From assembly GCA_037379345.1 (NCBI GenBank), contig CM074515.1, forward strand, positions 18,476,001 through 18,540,000: a stretch of 64,000 nucleotides of DNA, read 5' to 3'. Position numbers and translations under genes: made by a program. The notes under the pieces are model-generated. The model did no database searches. It saw only the letters and a list, made by a program, of their open reading frames with translations, and was not told where the DNA came from. This document shows positions 1 to 13,300 of the stretch, piece after piece (within the stretch, counting starts at the first letter, position 1; each line of letters begins with the position of its first letter). The stretch is from Perna viridis. Lineage: Eukaryota.

Positions 1-458
1 TGTTATCTGTTCACTTTTGAGATATATATACCACATTAGAACAATACATAATCAAAACATTCAAGGATGATAAATTCAAATAAAATGGTACAAGATTCTG
101 GATATAAGACTTCATTTTTCATTCTGGATAAGATTGTATCTATTTTTTGCTGGTACAGGGATTGACACTAGGTACAATATGGAATTCAAGCTCTGATACT
201 TCTTTTTCAAACACCATCAAATCTTTCAAAACTTGACTGAAAGTCTTTTAGTGATGTTTAAACCTGTGAATACTTTTAGAAAAAAGGACAAAATTTGGAC
301 AGGAAAGTGAGAAAAAGTTAATTATAAGCTGGGTACTGCAACTTCCGGTTACACATTTTAGGTCTTTAGAAAACTGAAAAACTGTTCTAATGATAAATAT
401 TAGAAAAACTATAAATCATTTTCATGACTAGGAATGAATTGAAACAGACCTTTACATA

Positions 459-1554
459 CAGTAGTCCCTTTCTGAAACAGCCCCTGACCTATGGCCACCT
501 GTCTTATGCAACCACATTTCAATTGCATTAATGACTTATAGTACAAATTGAGCCTTATAAATGGCCACCCCTCTGATGCAATCATCGGCCACAACTTTGA
601 ATGAAAAACAAATATTTAGCCTCTTGTTTCCGGCCATGTTCATCGTGGGCATATAAACCGTAGGTGTCCGCAGATATCATGATGACCGTTTTCCCCAGAA
701 TATTTTCAATAAAGTTCTTAAATTGAGAGTCAATTACTCTGAAGCTCAGGTGTACGAAATTGTAAACATTGCATGCATGGGTACCGAAGTGTGAAATTGG
801 TATGACAAATAGGTCATAATTATGACTGGTAATTAATAATAAAAACATGAACATCTACTTCAAATTACAAAGAAGAGTTGCTACCTTTATAATCTGTTTG
901 CAGTTAGCCATTTAGGTCACAACTTTATTTGATTTTAGTTAGCCCCATGTGTGAATGTGTTACGACATATCATAAGTGGGCATAAATGTGCATATGAAAA
1001 GACCGATAACTTAATAATGCTTGATTTGATAATGTTTTTCCAGTAAAGAATCTTTTATAGTTTGTATTCTGACAGTTTTAAAATTGTGTTTTCCGATTCA
1101 ATAGATTTTATAAAACATACTCGTATCCATTCATAAAATTGATAGGACATGGATCAATTATTTTTGTCAATCGATAGCTGGTTTGATTGACAGCTTTTGT
1201 CTTGCAGTTTACCCCTTGAATTATGAATTAGTGTAATTAAATAATGAGTGATGACTTGCTGATGAAAAATTGACTTTTAGTCCGAAAAATACGGTACAGA
1301 TAAACAAAACTTTATTCAATAGTTAATTGTCACTTTGCTTTAAAAATACATTACATATACATACATTTTGTAACAAATTCGAAATAAAACTCTTTATAAT
1401 TTGTGTACTAGTAGATAACAATGTACATGTAACAGAAGCATATAAACAAATTTAATGAAATGTTGAAATTGGCATAACCTCTCAAGAGAGGCCACCTCTT
1501 TTATGCAGCCACTTTTGGATTGCAGTGTGGGTGGCCACATATGAGGGACTACAG
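459..1554. mobile_element. non-autonomous Tc1/mariner(pogo)-type MITE
   Basis: TA|CAGTAGTCCCT ... AGGGACTACAG|TA terminal inverted repeats (1 mismatch), TA on both flanks, repeated GGCCACC subterminal motifs. Confidence 0.7.
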
Positions 1555-2174
1555 TATCTCGTGCAATTTTCAGAAAGTAACATTCCGTATTAATTATTTG
1601 GCAAAACATTATTTTGGTACAGAAAAAGTTGGTACAGGTACTGGTAACACATTTTAGACCATATTCAAAACAATATCATACCATTTCACCTGTAAAATTC
1701 AAAATGTTTTAGTAACTGAAATAAATAATTTGAAGACGTTAACCCAAACAGTTTGGAAAATCTATACATTGTACATACATATATAAGTACATTTTTGTAG
1801 AATGGTACAAAATCAAGCTTTTTCAAGACCCCCAGACTTTCAGTCATAAGATTTCTCTTGTCTAAGAAAATGTTAAAAAGTAGATGTATTTAAACTTAAG
1901 TGTATTTGGATTGTGTTGTTGATATCAAGTATAACTGAAGACTTTTTCATGAAAATTAGTTAAAAATTGGTATACAGCATTAGTACTACATGTACTCAGC
2001 ATTAGTACTACATGTAACTGTTGAACGATTCCTGAGACTTCAACAATGTCATTTTAACTGATTGTTTTGTTTCAAGGAAGTAGTGAAATCTGGGTCTTTT
2101 TTTTTCTCCTCATTTAAACACAAAATATCTGAAATCTTATATACAATTGTACATGATATTTCTTTGTATTAAAG

Positions 2175-2240
2175 GTGGAAGCATCATTAACAACCGATCC
2201 AGATAATGAAGATTTACAAAAGCTAAAGAAGGACTTGCAG
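2175..2240 (+). CDS. SMNDC1: SMNDC1/SPF30 (survival of motor neuron-related splicing factor 30), internal coding exon; first coding exon not found in window
   Basis: AG|...|GT boundaries, 66 nt, phase 0/0. Translates to VEASLTTDPDNEDLQKLKKDLQ, matching the SPF30 N-terminal helix (VEAAL...NEDLLKLKKDLQ). Confidence 0.93.
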
Positions 2241-3239
2241 GTTAGTTAATTCTGCAAAATATGACTGCCTTTATTATCCATTAAAGAGTGTTTTGAAGTA
2301 GGTATCATACCATCTTGTTCATCATTGTGTGAGAAGTTAGATATGTCAAATTTATTAATCTTAATTTCGAATCAATTTGGCACGTCCCAAGAATTTTTGT
2401 TTTAGGTTGCACTGATGTCCTTTGAAATCTCACTTATTAAGAGATGTGCACAAAATTTTGGATTGAAAGAAAATCCAAAACTAAACTGACCAATTTGTGG
2501 AAACAATATGTTTTAAGATTTGCTTAATCTATACAAGTACGTTGTACATATATGTCACAAGTGAAATGCTTTATGGGCCTTTCTAGCCTTACATGATTAA
2601 TGCTATTTGAGGGTTTTGTTCAGATTATGTTAAAATTGTATTATATAACTTTAGGCTACATTCTCGAAAACTTAACTTTTTCAAATTGATGCAGAGAAAA
2701 TTGTACCAAACCTGGGTGTACATGTAAAAAATGTGAACAATAGAGTTTTATATTAAAAAAAACTACATCATCTTAAATTTGTTCCTGGTTAAACCCAGGA
2801 ACTGAAGAAATATTCAGATTTAATGTGTGTTGAGATTTGTATATTTTTAGACATGACACAGCAGACAGCTGTTATAATGTTTGAAAGAGTAGACTAAAAT
2901 AGCGAGCGTAAGTAACACACATACACACAAACAGGCCAGACAAAATATAACTATTCATTCATAGTATTACAAATGTAACTTAAGTCCATTTGGCAACCCT
3001 GATTAAATCAACTAAGTGAATAAAATGAATGACTAATCAAAGTTGTGATCTTGATGTGATATTTAAAAATTCTTGTCATAGTTAGCTGTATGATTTCAGC
3101 TGTGATACATTTAAACATCAAGATAAAATGTATCCAGATATCATTTACCAAAAAGCTTTTTAAAACATGCAATATAATGCATACTTTATGGATTTGCAAA
3201 TTAGGTTCTAAAATATGTGTTCCCTTTGTATATTAACAG

Positions 3240-3385
3240 GAAGTGATAGACTTGACAGTAGATTTGATAGGGACAAAGTTACCTCCAAGTGCTACTGAGG
3301 TCCTGAAAGCTGAAACAACAGATGTGTCTACCCATAACTGGAGACCTGGTGATAGTTGTATGGCCATCTGGTCTGAAGATGGAGG
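3240..3385 (+). CDS. SMNDC1: SMNDC1 exon, start of Tudor domain
   Basis: cag|...|gtatgt, 146 nt, phase 0/2. EVIDLTVDLIGTKLPPSATEVLKAETTDVSTHNWRPGDSCMAIWSEDG contains the Tudor motif W..GD.C.A.WSEDG. Confidence 0.95.
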
Positions 3386-3721
3386 GTATGTCCTTTCAAT
3401 ACATGTTCTGTGATTGGAGAAAAACAAATTTGTCTTCTAAGAGAAGCTTTTTGTTAAGAGAGGCTCCCTTGCAGTGTTCTAGGATTCCTATTTCCCATTA
3501 CCTGGGGCAAGTGAAATTTGGGTCAGGGAAAGTTAGGTACTTAGTTACACTTTCCCGTGGCAAGTTGGAAACTTATATGCTGTAAGGATTTGTTTTGTTA
3601 GGAAAGCAGTCATTGACTGTGGAAATGTTGATTTTATATGGATTTTTCCTGATGAAACCTCAATTTTTGAAAAATCTTAGAACACTGCCTTGATAGCAGG
3701 CTTGACTTCATTTGAACCATC

Positions 3722-3785
3722 GTCTGAATATAGCTGAAATATTGCTGCTCGGACGTTAAACCCCAACAAACAAACAAACAATCAT
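3722..3785 (+). mobile_element. SINE 3' tail fragment
   Basis: TAGCTGAAATATTGCTG...GACGTTAAAC followed by a (CAAA)n tail, resembling mollusc SINE 3' ends (from recall). Confidence 0.55.
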
Positions 3786-4134
3786 TTGAACCACAATAAT
3801 GGACAACTGATATTTAAAGAACACTTTTACTTTAATTAGAAGGTTGTATGAGGTAACATGGGTTACAAAGTATTTTATGTAAAGGATAAGCTAATCCTAA
3901 CCAGGTTATTTTGAGTGTGTGAAAAAATTTTAAACGTTCCTTATTATTTAATTTCTAATTAAGAATGGATTCATATTCAAAACATTATTTTGATTGAGAT
4001 TATTTGAATCATGGATGGCTGACCTATCAATGTTAATGTTGTCACAGTACCAAACCTGTTTACATGCAATATTCTGGTTTGCTCAGAGAGAGACAGCCAA
4101 TCAGAAAGCTTGATTTAAATTAAATTATTTGCAG

Positions 4135-4222
4135 GTATTTTAACTGTAAGATAGATGAAATCCTTGATGATGGTACTTGTACTGTGACATTTGATGGATG
4201 GGACACCACAGAAGTTACAAAT
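4135..4222 (+). CDS. SMNDC1: SMNDC1 exon, Tudor domain
   Basis: cag|...|gtaagt, 88 nt, phase 2/0. (G)YFNCKIDEILDDGTCTVTFDGWDTTEVTN. Confidence 0.95.
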
Positions 4223-5093
4223 GTAAGTAATATTGAACTAACAACATATGCAATCACAGTTTATTCTGTATCTGAGCAACTGACTGATTTCAACATACAA
4301 ATGTATCATAGTTGTTTGTAGTTAGTGATTTTACCAGCACTCGGACTTGCCATTTTCATCATTGGTAAAAGACTTTTTAGGAAGGTGAAAAAGATCTAGT
4401 GTCATTTTGTTTTGACCTCTCATGTGTGACTTTAATGTACATAGTTGATGGTCAATAAAGGTCATATGCCTAGATAAATTTCTGCTGGAAATTCCTTTAC
4501 TTCTCATTAAATTTGAAGTAAAATGACATTCAGAGTTTATTATCACTTATTTTTGTACATCAAAGTTTTATGTCAACCAAATGTGGGTGATAGATCACTA
4601 CATTTTGTTGTTGCTTGTTGGCAATATTTATACTTGAAAATATTATTTAGGTTATTATTGAACTCCCCAGTTCTAACTAATAACTAACTAATACTAATCA
4701 TAACTGTGAAACAGTTACATAAATTTGTCAGTATCCTTGGTAACAATTGTTTGCACAGTTGAAATTGTGCTAAAAATAGAATCCTTACATAGAAAAAATA
4801 TTTCTTTAAAAATATTTAAATCTTCCAATATTTCAAAGCTTTAGTAGCACTGGTGCATGTAAAGACTTCCTATTAATCTAGTTCATATATTTACTGTGTC
4901 AGGGGTGTATATTCATTTAACAAAGGCTGACCATGCACACAGGGATGTACATTTGTAATATATGGTCCCTGATTTGTATACAAGTGTAAAGGGATTTATA
5001 TTTTGATGATTAAAGCCTACAGAGTTTCTTTTTATGTGGACTTCAGTTTTGATGGGATGTATTATGATATACTACTGTCTTTCCATATGTCTG

Positions 5094-5918
5094 CAGTGTG
5101 GGAAATAATTTTTTTTCCCAACTTGCCCTTCTGGCTAGTGGAATATTGATCTTGCTAGCCAAATATAAATTCAACTAGCCAAATTATTTGATTCATTCAA
5201 ATAATTTCTATGCTCTTGACATTTTTTGGGTTTTTTCTGTACTATCATCTGTTTTCTCTTGGATTTTACCATCTTCTGCCTTTCCTTTTCTTTCTTCAAC
5301 TATCTTTTCATTTGTTTTTAACTTTATCAAAAACTTTTCCATTTTCGAATATTCCCTCCCATCGAAGTTTTTCATGTACTTTACAGTAACAAAATAAGTA
5401 CTCTTAATTTCTGAACTCTTATTTTAAAAATAGAATTATATTTGAACAGATTCATCATCATGAAACAAGAAAATGTTTATCATTTGCTTCTTTTTCATTT
5501 TTATTTTGACAATAAACAACTGATTTGCAAGGTAACATATCATAAATTACCAAGATAATTTCGTTTGAATACTGATACGAAATCGGAATTGTTGTCTAGC
5601 TTTTGGCACATCCTGTTTACCTTAAATTAAAATGGCAGATTGTAAACAATGCTTTACAAGTCAATACAATTTTGCATATCATTCCAATATCCGTTTGACA
5701 TACTCAAGCTAAACTTGTATAAAAAATGTAGGGAACATATTTTTAATGTAGGATGTTAACAAATGTTTTACTGAATAACCTGTTGGCTGGTTAACTTTCT
5801 TTGGAACTCGCCAATCAAATGACGGTCACCAAATTGGCGAGTGTAAGCTAATGAGAACTCGCCAAATTACATTTCTACTTGTATTTGGTGAGTTGCCGAG
5901 CGGTGGTTTTTCACACTG
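5094..5918. mobile_element. non-autonomous hAT-like DNA transposon with 6-bp TSD
   Basis: TGTCTG|CAGTGTG ... CACACTG|TGTCTG; subterminal CTAGCC/CTCGCC motif clusters. Confidence 0.7.
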
Positions 5919-6379
5919 TGTCTGTCATCATCACTTTGTACAATTAATGTAACTCCAAAATGCTGTGAAACCATTTAAATAAAACTTTGGTGAATTGTAC
6001 ATTTTGATGGAAGAAAGCTCCCTTTAATTTAAGATAAATTTTGAACATTTAGATTTTGAGTTAAAGAGTATTAGCATTAAAAAAGGGAGTGTTTTTTTTT
6101 TTTCAAGCTCTAACTGAAAAATGCCTGAAGCAAATGCCACAAAACTTTAGGATATTCTTTTTATCTATGGTCATAGGCTCCCTTGATCACTTTGGATGCA
6201 TTGACCAAGATGATAATATCCAGTTAAAAACAGCTGTTTAATACCAGGGGTGGTTTTAAACACACAACCATGCTGTTTTCTGTCTTTTACTTGATAAATT
6301 TATATTTATGTTATGAAAAATCATTAAATATCAGCTGTATACCTTTTATGACTATAGAGAGTATTTTATTATTACCCAG

Positions 6380-6450
6380 GTATCCTTACTGAAGCCTGTG
6401 GATCCCAATGCCAAGCCAGGGATGTCTAAAGATGATAAACACAAATCAAA
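6380..6450 (+). CDS. SMNDC1: SMNDC1 exon
   Basis: cag|...|gtaagt, 71 nt, phase 0/2. VSLLKPVDPNAKPGMSKDDKHKS; phases are compatible with both neighbours. Confidence 0.9.
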
Positions 6451-6480
6451 GTAAGTCTGTTGCATGTATAATAGGCCTTA

Positions 6481-6836
6481 TTTTTAGCTCACCTGTTTGA
6501 AGGCCATGTAGAACTATTGCTATCTCTTGGCTTCCGTCCGTCGTTGTTTACAATTTTTCAGAACTCATTTCCTCTGATACTACTTGACCAATTATAACCA
6601 AACTTGCTATGAATGTTCCTTGGGCTTTGCTGGGTAGAAATTGATGTGGGGGTTTTTGATCTTTAGAAAAAATGGACGCTGTTGTTGAAAATAGAACATA
6701 GGGGTCAGACAGAATATTTTCACATATATCTCAAAAATCCTCAAGTTTAGCCAAATTCTGATAGGACAAAAGTGTTGAGCACGATGAGATCTGTCTGTGG
6801 TAAGATTTTCTTGTTTATCTATTTAGCCATGTTGGC
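6481..6836 (+). mobile_element. truncated HINE/Helentron-associated element in SMNDC1 intron
   Basis: TTTTTAGCTCACCTG...GGCCATG 5' end, GTC microsatellite and AAAATAGAACATAGGGGTCAGACAG core shared with 11113-12010. Confidence 0.8.
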
Positions 6837-7222
6837 AGTGGTGGATCCAGGTGTATAAAGGGGGTTCCAACACCCCTCTGACCTAGAACAATCCGTCTGC
6901 TTGGTGTGAACATTCTGCAATCATGTTACGTAAATGCAATCATATTATCCAGCCGTTTTGATATAATGGTTTAATAGGAGCTATAGGACTTAATTTGATA
7001 TGACACTTGCCCATTGAAGCATTGGTCTAGTTGTTACACTGTTTAGTATTAATCATTACTTAGAGTTATAGGACTTTTCATGTATTTTTTTTTTAGTGAT
7101 GACAGCTTCCAATAGGATTTTCTTATTTAGTAGAATCTTAATTCAATAAATACTGTTAATCATATTTTTTTAAAAATTGAATAAGTTTTTTTTCACAATT
7201 TTATATCAAATTTCCACTACAG

Positions 7223-7349
7223 ACGAGACAAAATAGCTGAACAAAGAGAATACAAAAGAAAAAAGACACAGAAAAAAGCACAAAGATTAAAACAGATGGA
7301 AGAAGAAAGGGAACAAGAGAAAAATAAATGGTTGGATTTTAATGCAAAG
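7223..7349 (+). CDS. SMNDC1: SMNDC1 exon, basic coiled-coil region
   Basis: cag|...|gtaatc, 127 nt, phase 2/0. (K)RDKIAEQREYKRKKTQKKAQRLKQMEEEREQEKNKWLDFNAK matches SPF30 QREYKKKK..KKAQR....EQERE..K.KW..FN. Confidence 0.95.
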
Positions 7350-7931
7350 GTAATCATATGAGAATGACGTAACTATAAATGGACATTATGAATTTACAAA
7401 AGTAAAATTTAGTTGATTTATCATGATAAAAGTATTTAGTAAATAGCAAAGATGGATCTTAGGGGACTACTGTATGCTCCAAACTTTTGGTTGATTAAGT
7501 CGAAAAAAAATTACAGATCACTGGAGTGGGGCCCCCTTTTTAAGAATTTCTGGATAGACCATTGAAAAGTTCACATACTCAATTCATTAGAAACATCTGA
7601 CTTTTTCAGAAACTTTGTTTATATCCTTACAGACATTTATCATTGGAACATTCCAGTATGGCTTTTGTCTAATTCATGTTAAGTATTAAACTGCCATTGG
7701 AAATGAAAATTTTGCCTTAATTTCTTGAAAATCGAGAATATTATCTCTGTGGTAGTTTTCTGATGAGTCAGTGAGTATTGTCTCAATTAAGTGGTGTATA
7801 ATAGGTATGAGGAAGTCAGGATTGAGCTTAAAATTTATTTAAAAACTTAATTAGTAACTTCTAATTGGAAATAAAAAAAATTCACAATGATTTTTCTGGC
7901 ACATTTTAAACGTAGATTTTATTTTTTTTAG

Positions 7932-8078
7932 GCATTTTCCAAAACAAACAAGGGCAAAGTAAAGAAGAGTATATTTGCAACACCTGATCATGTTAATGGA
8001 AAAGTGGGAGTTGGCACCTGTGGACTAAGTGGACGACCAATGACCAAATACACTCATCAAGAGAAGTGGAAGAAATGA
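7932..8078 (+). CDS. SMNDC1: SMNDC1 last coding exon
   Basis: tag|GCA...TGA, 147 nt. AFSKTNKGKVKKSIFATPDHVNGKVGVGTCGLSGRPMTKYTHQEKWKK* contains the SPF30 motif SIFA.P....GKVGVGTCG....PMT. Confidence 0.96.
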   Translation, partial: AFSKTNKGKVKKSIFATPDHVNGKVGVGTCGLSGRPMTKYTHQEKWKK

Positions 8079-8577
8079 ACCTTGATATATTAAACTTAAT
8101 ATGTTTGGATTTCATCAGTGGTACAGCTAAAACGGGTTTTAAGTACAGTCACATTATAGTGTAGTGTTATGATGTGTATGTCTCTGGTTTTTAAGTATGG
8201 TCGCTCATTCTTCAAGAAGGAAACATGTATATGCATGTATTTACTTCTCAGAATTTCTGTTATCTGAAGAAAGTACTGTTTTTAAACCTAAATTGATTTT
8301 TAGTCTTCAGATATTAATGTACCCAAAGTTGATGCATTGCATTCTTTTATCATTGCAAATTGGATATACTGATTTTAATAGGAATTTTGGGAAGAATGAT
8401 ACAAATTATTTTTTACTTATTGTTCTTTAAGTTAGGATTTGTTATCTATACCTGTAGTAAACATAAATCATTGATGTGTAATTCATCATCATTTCAGGAT
8501 AGAAAAATAATGTTGGCTTTAAAATCCTCCCACAACTGTTGTATATATATAATGAAAAAGATGTAAATATTTATCAA

Positions 8578-8583
8578 AATAAA
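8578..8583 (+). promoter_or_regulatory. candidate polyadenylation signal of SMNDC1
   Basis: AATAAA ~500 nt after the stop codon, followed by GT/T-rich sequence. Confidence 0.4.
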
Positions 8584-11112
8584 AACTTGTAAATATACTT
8601 GTAAGTCCATGTTTCTATCATTGTGGTCTGGGACCTGCAAAGCATTTTATTAACTCTGGTAAGCCATACTTGATAGCAAAACTTCTTGAGTACTAAAACT
8701 TGTCATTTTACCTGTCTGGAATTAAATATTACTTCCCGTTGCTTTGATGGTACCGTGTTAGTATTCATTTGTTAAACTAAAGGCGACTATTGATATAAAA
8801 TCTGTTATGGATGTGGAGATGTATTGGAAGGTCAACCTGAGGTGTAAAACTAATCACTACTCTAAATCATGACTCTTTTTCAGATCCTTTATATCCAATT
8901 CATTTGTGGTGCTAAATCCATCTTCACATATGGTTTGGTAAAATCGTACAAGCATGTTACATTTATTCAGGAGCTCGCCAAATTGAGAATCATTTTTTTT
9001 CTGAACTTTTGCACAAATTTTTAACACTGGAGCGGTTGGTAAACATATTCTACTACCATATAATGACAAAGAAGTACATGAAATAATAGTGACCTGATTC
9101 ATATGGAACCGTCACAACAGAAGAAAATAATAAGCTGAAATAGCTCAAAAGGTTACAGAATTGAATGATGGTCTTGCAAACTGATTCAGACCAAACTAGT
9201 ATCATGGGTTATGTAACCTAACAATTTAACAAGCAAAAAAAAACTTTTTAAAATTTCAATTTCAACTACAATCCATTTTTTAATAATTAATTTGAGATAA
9301 ATACTGTAATCTGATTGGTTAAGATAATTTTGTTGTATCTCAATGGATAAAAAAATATTTTTCAATAGACAAAATTTTTATCATAGCCAATACTTAATGA
9401 AAAACGTTTAGAGTTATAGTTTGAAGTCAATTAATAACAATAAAAACTAAAGTTTTAGTGGAATAAGTACGGAAAAGCTGATTAATTTGCTACTGAAATG
9501 CAGAATTCCATTATATAAATTATTGGACGGTATGTATTGCGGCTTTAATGCATTCCCGAAAAATATTCGGACTAAGTTGAATAAAACAAATCTTTTCTGT
9601 TCTGTGTCTTTACATCCCTTGTTTGGATAACCATGCCAGATGTCCTCTGCATGTCAAAAAAGCCCATCACCGGCATATTTCCATTTGTTTCTTTACCGAA
9701 ACGTTGGGTGCAAAGGTAAATATTACAGTATGTTACGTTTAATTCTTTAAAAATCTAAAATATCTTTTGGATATGAGCTAATCGGTTTGCACCGGTATTG
9801 CTGTCTGGCAAACGTCAGCTTAATTAAAATCTAAATATGGACGATCACACATTTCTACATGTACATGTATGTCGGACCGCTTATAGAATCCTCAACAGCG
9901 TTTGTAATTCTCAATACAGTCCGTAATGCAATCTAATATCGACGGTTAAAAGACTGGGTGTTTATCGCAGTAATTTATTGGCATTAAAAGCTCCATCGTT
10001 GATAAAATACATCTAAAAGGTGAAATTAAGCTGTTTCAGTATCTCATCAAGGGTATGATACAAGTTTATTCCATTAAAAAGTTAAACACTTTAGTAGGAC
10101 GCACATAAAACATGAACAAATACGTATTATGGTACGTCATACGTACCACTTCGCCGATACAGGCATGGTGAATAATGTCCCCAATTTGTTCACTAGCCTA
10201 TAACTTGAGGACGAGACTTATTCAAGCGGCTGATGTGCTTTATAACGTGACACGTTTATGGTGAACAGAAAGAGGGTTAACTGCCCTACACACCAATGCC
10301 CGACCCGACCAGAGTATGTTTTGCGTTTGTTGTAACTACTGTAGACCCAACTAAAATTTACGTCTAGCACTTCGGATTAGATCATCTTTTTTGTTTGGTA
10401 TTCAATTTTGGAGATTTCGTCTCTATTGACCTATATTTTGTCGTTGTAACATAGCCATGCCCAGTATTATCTGCAGCGTCGTCTCTTCGCTATTTTTTCC
10501 CCATTCAGTGTAGCTATGTCTTTGACATAGGGCTTCAATCACATTAAGGTTCCCATGTTGTCCCATCTTTTAGACTCTGGTAAAAGATGTCCCACCGTTT
10601 CTTCATTCTTTTATTACAGGCTTCTAGACGTCCTCGGATATGGCGAAACGCAACAATGATGATAATATATATTGAAAATAGTGAAATTATACAATAAAAC
10701 ATACATCTCGAAACGTATGAACATGTACCCTTCGGGCTAGAGACCAACAGGTTATCCTGGCCTAGTTCATTTAAAAGTTATTTTATTACTAGATCCGATA
10801 ACAGGTAAAACTATATACATTGTTCTTTGAAGCACTGTTTTTTTTTCTTGTTTAAAGCACGAAGAAAAAAAAGTAGTTTACGTATGGCTGAATTTTGTAG
10901 CTCAGGGCATACGCAAATTTCACCGGACATTTCCCAAAAAGAGTCGCTTCTTTTTCAAATTCTTTACTTATCGAACAGCTGGTGCATTTGTGCTCCGGAG
11001 TTTCAAGTGTGCTGTGGCCTGTAGTTTCTCCGTAGTGTCCATGAAAACAAACATCGATGGATGCGAATTGTGAACTTCTTCTTTGACTCGATTTTCTCAA
11101 TGTCGACATCCA

Positions 11113-12010
11113 TTTTTAGCTCACCTGGCCCAAAGGCCATGTGAGCTATTGCCATCACTTGGCGTTCGTCGTCGTCGTCGTCAACACTTATACAAAACTC
11201 TTCTCCTCTGAAACTACTTGTCTAATTAGAACCAATCTTGGTATGAATGTTCCTTGGGGTATCCTGCATAGAACTGATGTGGGGATTTTTGATTCGTCAA
11301 AAAACATGGCCGCCGTTACTAAAAATAGAACATAGGGGTCAGACAGTAGTTTTTCGCATATATCTCCTAAATCGTTAGGTTTAGCTGAATTCTGATTGGG
11401 TAAAAGTGTTCAGCATGATGGGATCCATCTCTGGTCAAATTTTGGCTTTAATCCGTTAAGCCATGTTGGAGTTATTGCCCTTTTCAACCATTTTTGCTAT
11501 TTTTAATGTTATTTCTTTCCAAAATCTTCTCCACTGACACTATTTGACCAATTGAAACCAAACTTGGTATGAATGTTCCTTGGGGTATACAGCATAGAAC
11601 TGATGAGGGAATTTATGATTCGTAAAAAAATATGGCCACCGTTACTAAAAATAGAACATAAGAGTCAGACAGTAGTTTTTCACATATATCTCTTAAACTG
11701 TTATGTTTATCCAAATTCTTTCAATACCTGCAATGATCCATATTATTAGGACTACAAAAGTCTTCAGACTCCTTGTAAGAGTTATTGCCCTTGAAAGGGG
11801 AAAAATGACTTTTTTAATAGTTTTCAGTCAATATCTTGAAAACTATGATAGATTAAAAGAAACTTTCAACTGTTGAAAAGATCGTGTAATAGTCCTACCA
11901 AAGACTTCTTTAGTCAAAATTGTTGGACAACTACTTGTTTAATTTATTGCCTTTGAAAGGCAAAATTCAAGAAGGTGAGCGATTCAGGCTCCTGGGAGCC
12001 CCTTGTTTTT
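11113..12010 (+). mobile_element. full-length HINE/DINE-1/pearl-like non-autonomous Helentron element
   Basis: 5' subTIR AGCTCACCT with inverted partner GTGAGCT, (GTC)n microsatellite, two internal repeat units, 3' subTIR AGGTGAGCG plus hairpin GGCTC-CTGG-GAGCC, T-rich insertion site. Confidence 0.85.
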
Positions 12011-12084
12011 TTATCTTCTGACCACTCTACACATTTGTTCAATGTACGTACATTTAGTGAACCCTTTTTAACCACACACATACA

Positions 12085-12241
12085 ATAGACCCTTTTGTGC
12101 TGACGTTGGGGTAGTCGATGAGCAGGCGTAGAGCATGCTCAATATACACTTCCGAGAGGAAAATTCTTTTGTTCTACCCAAGCCCTACCTCGCGGAAGTG
12201 TATATTGAGCATGCTCACCAACTTACCACAAAAGGGTCTAT
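12085..12241. mobile_element. short fold-back MITE
   Basis: ATAGACCCTTTTGTG / CACAAAAGGGTCTAT termini plus an inner perfect 24-bp inverted pair GAGCATGCTCAATATACACTTCCG. Confidence 0.75.
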
Positions 12242-12714
12242 CAGTACAATATACATACTGGATTGATCTAGATCTATCTTGTCAGGTGTGGATTACATCT
12301 TTTAGGCATTTTTAGAAATATTCTTGACTAATATTTTATTTTCATATTTAATGTGAAATATATGATTACCTCTTAAGATATTTAAAGGTAAATTGGCGCA
12401 ATTGGTAGTCTTTTTTTTTTGCGTAATTCAAGCACAGGGAAAATAGTTTTGGAGCGATTAAATTACATTTTTAATCCGACGATGTGTTTTTGTAAGTTTT
12501 TTGTAACAGTTACGTTTATTAAAATCTGACACTTAACTACAAATACCAGTGAAATCGGTCAGTTACCATTCGGAGGGTGCTTCAGGAATACTACCATCTG
12601 AGACGGGAAAAATAACAATGGTAAAATCAGAATCATCTCGTATGTCATGGTATGGAGGCTGACATTTTCATTTGTAATTATATATAAATTAAGAAAAGGC
12701 GTCTTATCTTAATT

Positions 12715-13300
12715 CATTTCCTTACTCCTGGAGAAAATTAGGGCATTGGACGAGTCCTCTCCACATTTCTTTGTCCTAGGCTGATTTTGCTGCCTCTGTC
12801 AACGTCATAAACCCCTATTTTTCCACAGTTCTACGCAATGTCTCTTTTGGCCTCCGTCTTTTTCTTTTTTCCCCTCATGTTTCCATGTCAAGGCAATTCT
12901 TCAAGACATATATCTGTGTATCCTTAGAACATGGTAGGACCATTTTTATTTGAAAGATGATGGTTTCAGCTTATACATGCCATATTTCCTGCTGTTTTTT
13001 GTTGCTAGTAAAGATAAGTATTCTTCTCGGGTATTTGTGCTGAAAAGTATCTGACAATTTCTGATCACCCATTTGTCATCTTCCATGTTTCACAGCCTAA
13101 TAAGGGTATGCTGTTAGACTAAGTCAATTAAGTTCATTCTGGTAGATATATATATAACATATTTTCCGAAATTAAGATTATATGAGGCCAAAATATAATT
13201 ATTGAATTTATGTAAGTTAACCAGATTATATTTGGAATTACCTTAAAAGAATTCAAACATAATTCTTATTCGTGACAGCAGAGAAACTAAAGCTATGAGA
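12715..13300 (-). mobile_element. decayed RTE-clade LINE 3' fragment
   Basis: Minus-strand peptides GCETWK (13080-13097), HVLR, IALTW and RPKETLRRTVEK, with stops and frameshifts. Confidence 0.8.

Noticed and set aside
848-892. Possible first SMNDC1 coding exon
   Set aside because: It lies inside a MITE and has no suitable donor or convincing similarity; the first exon is probably upstream of the window.
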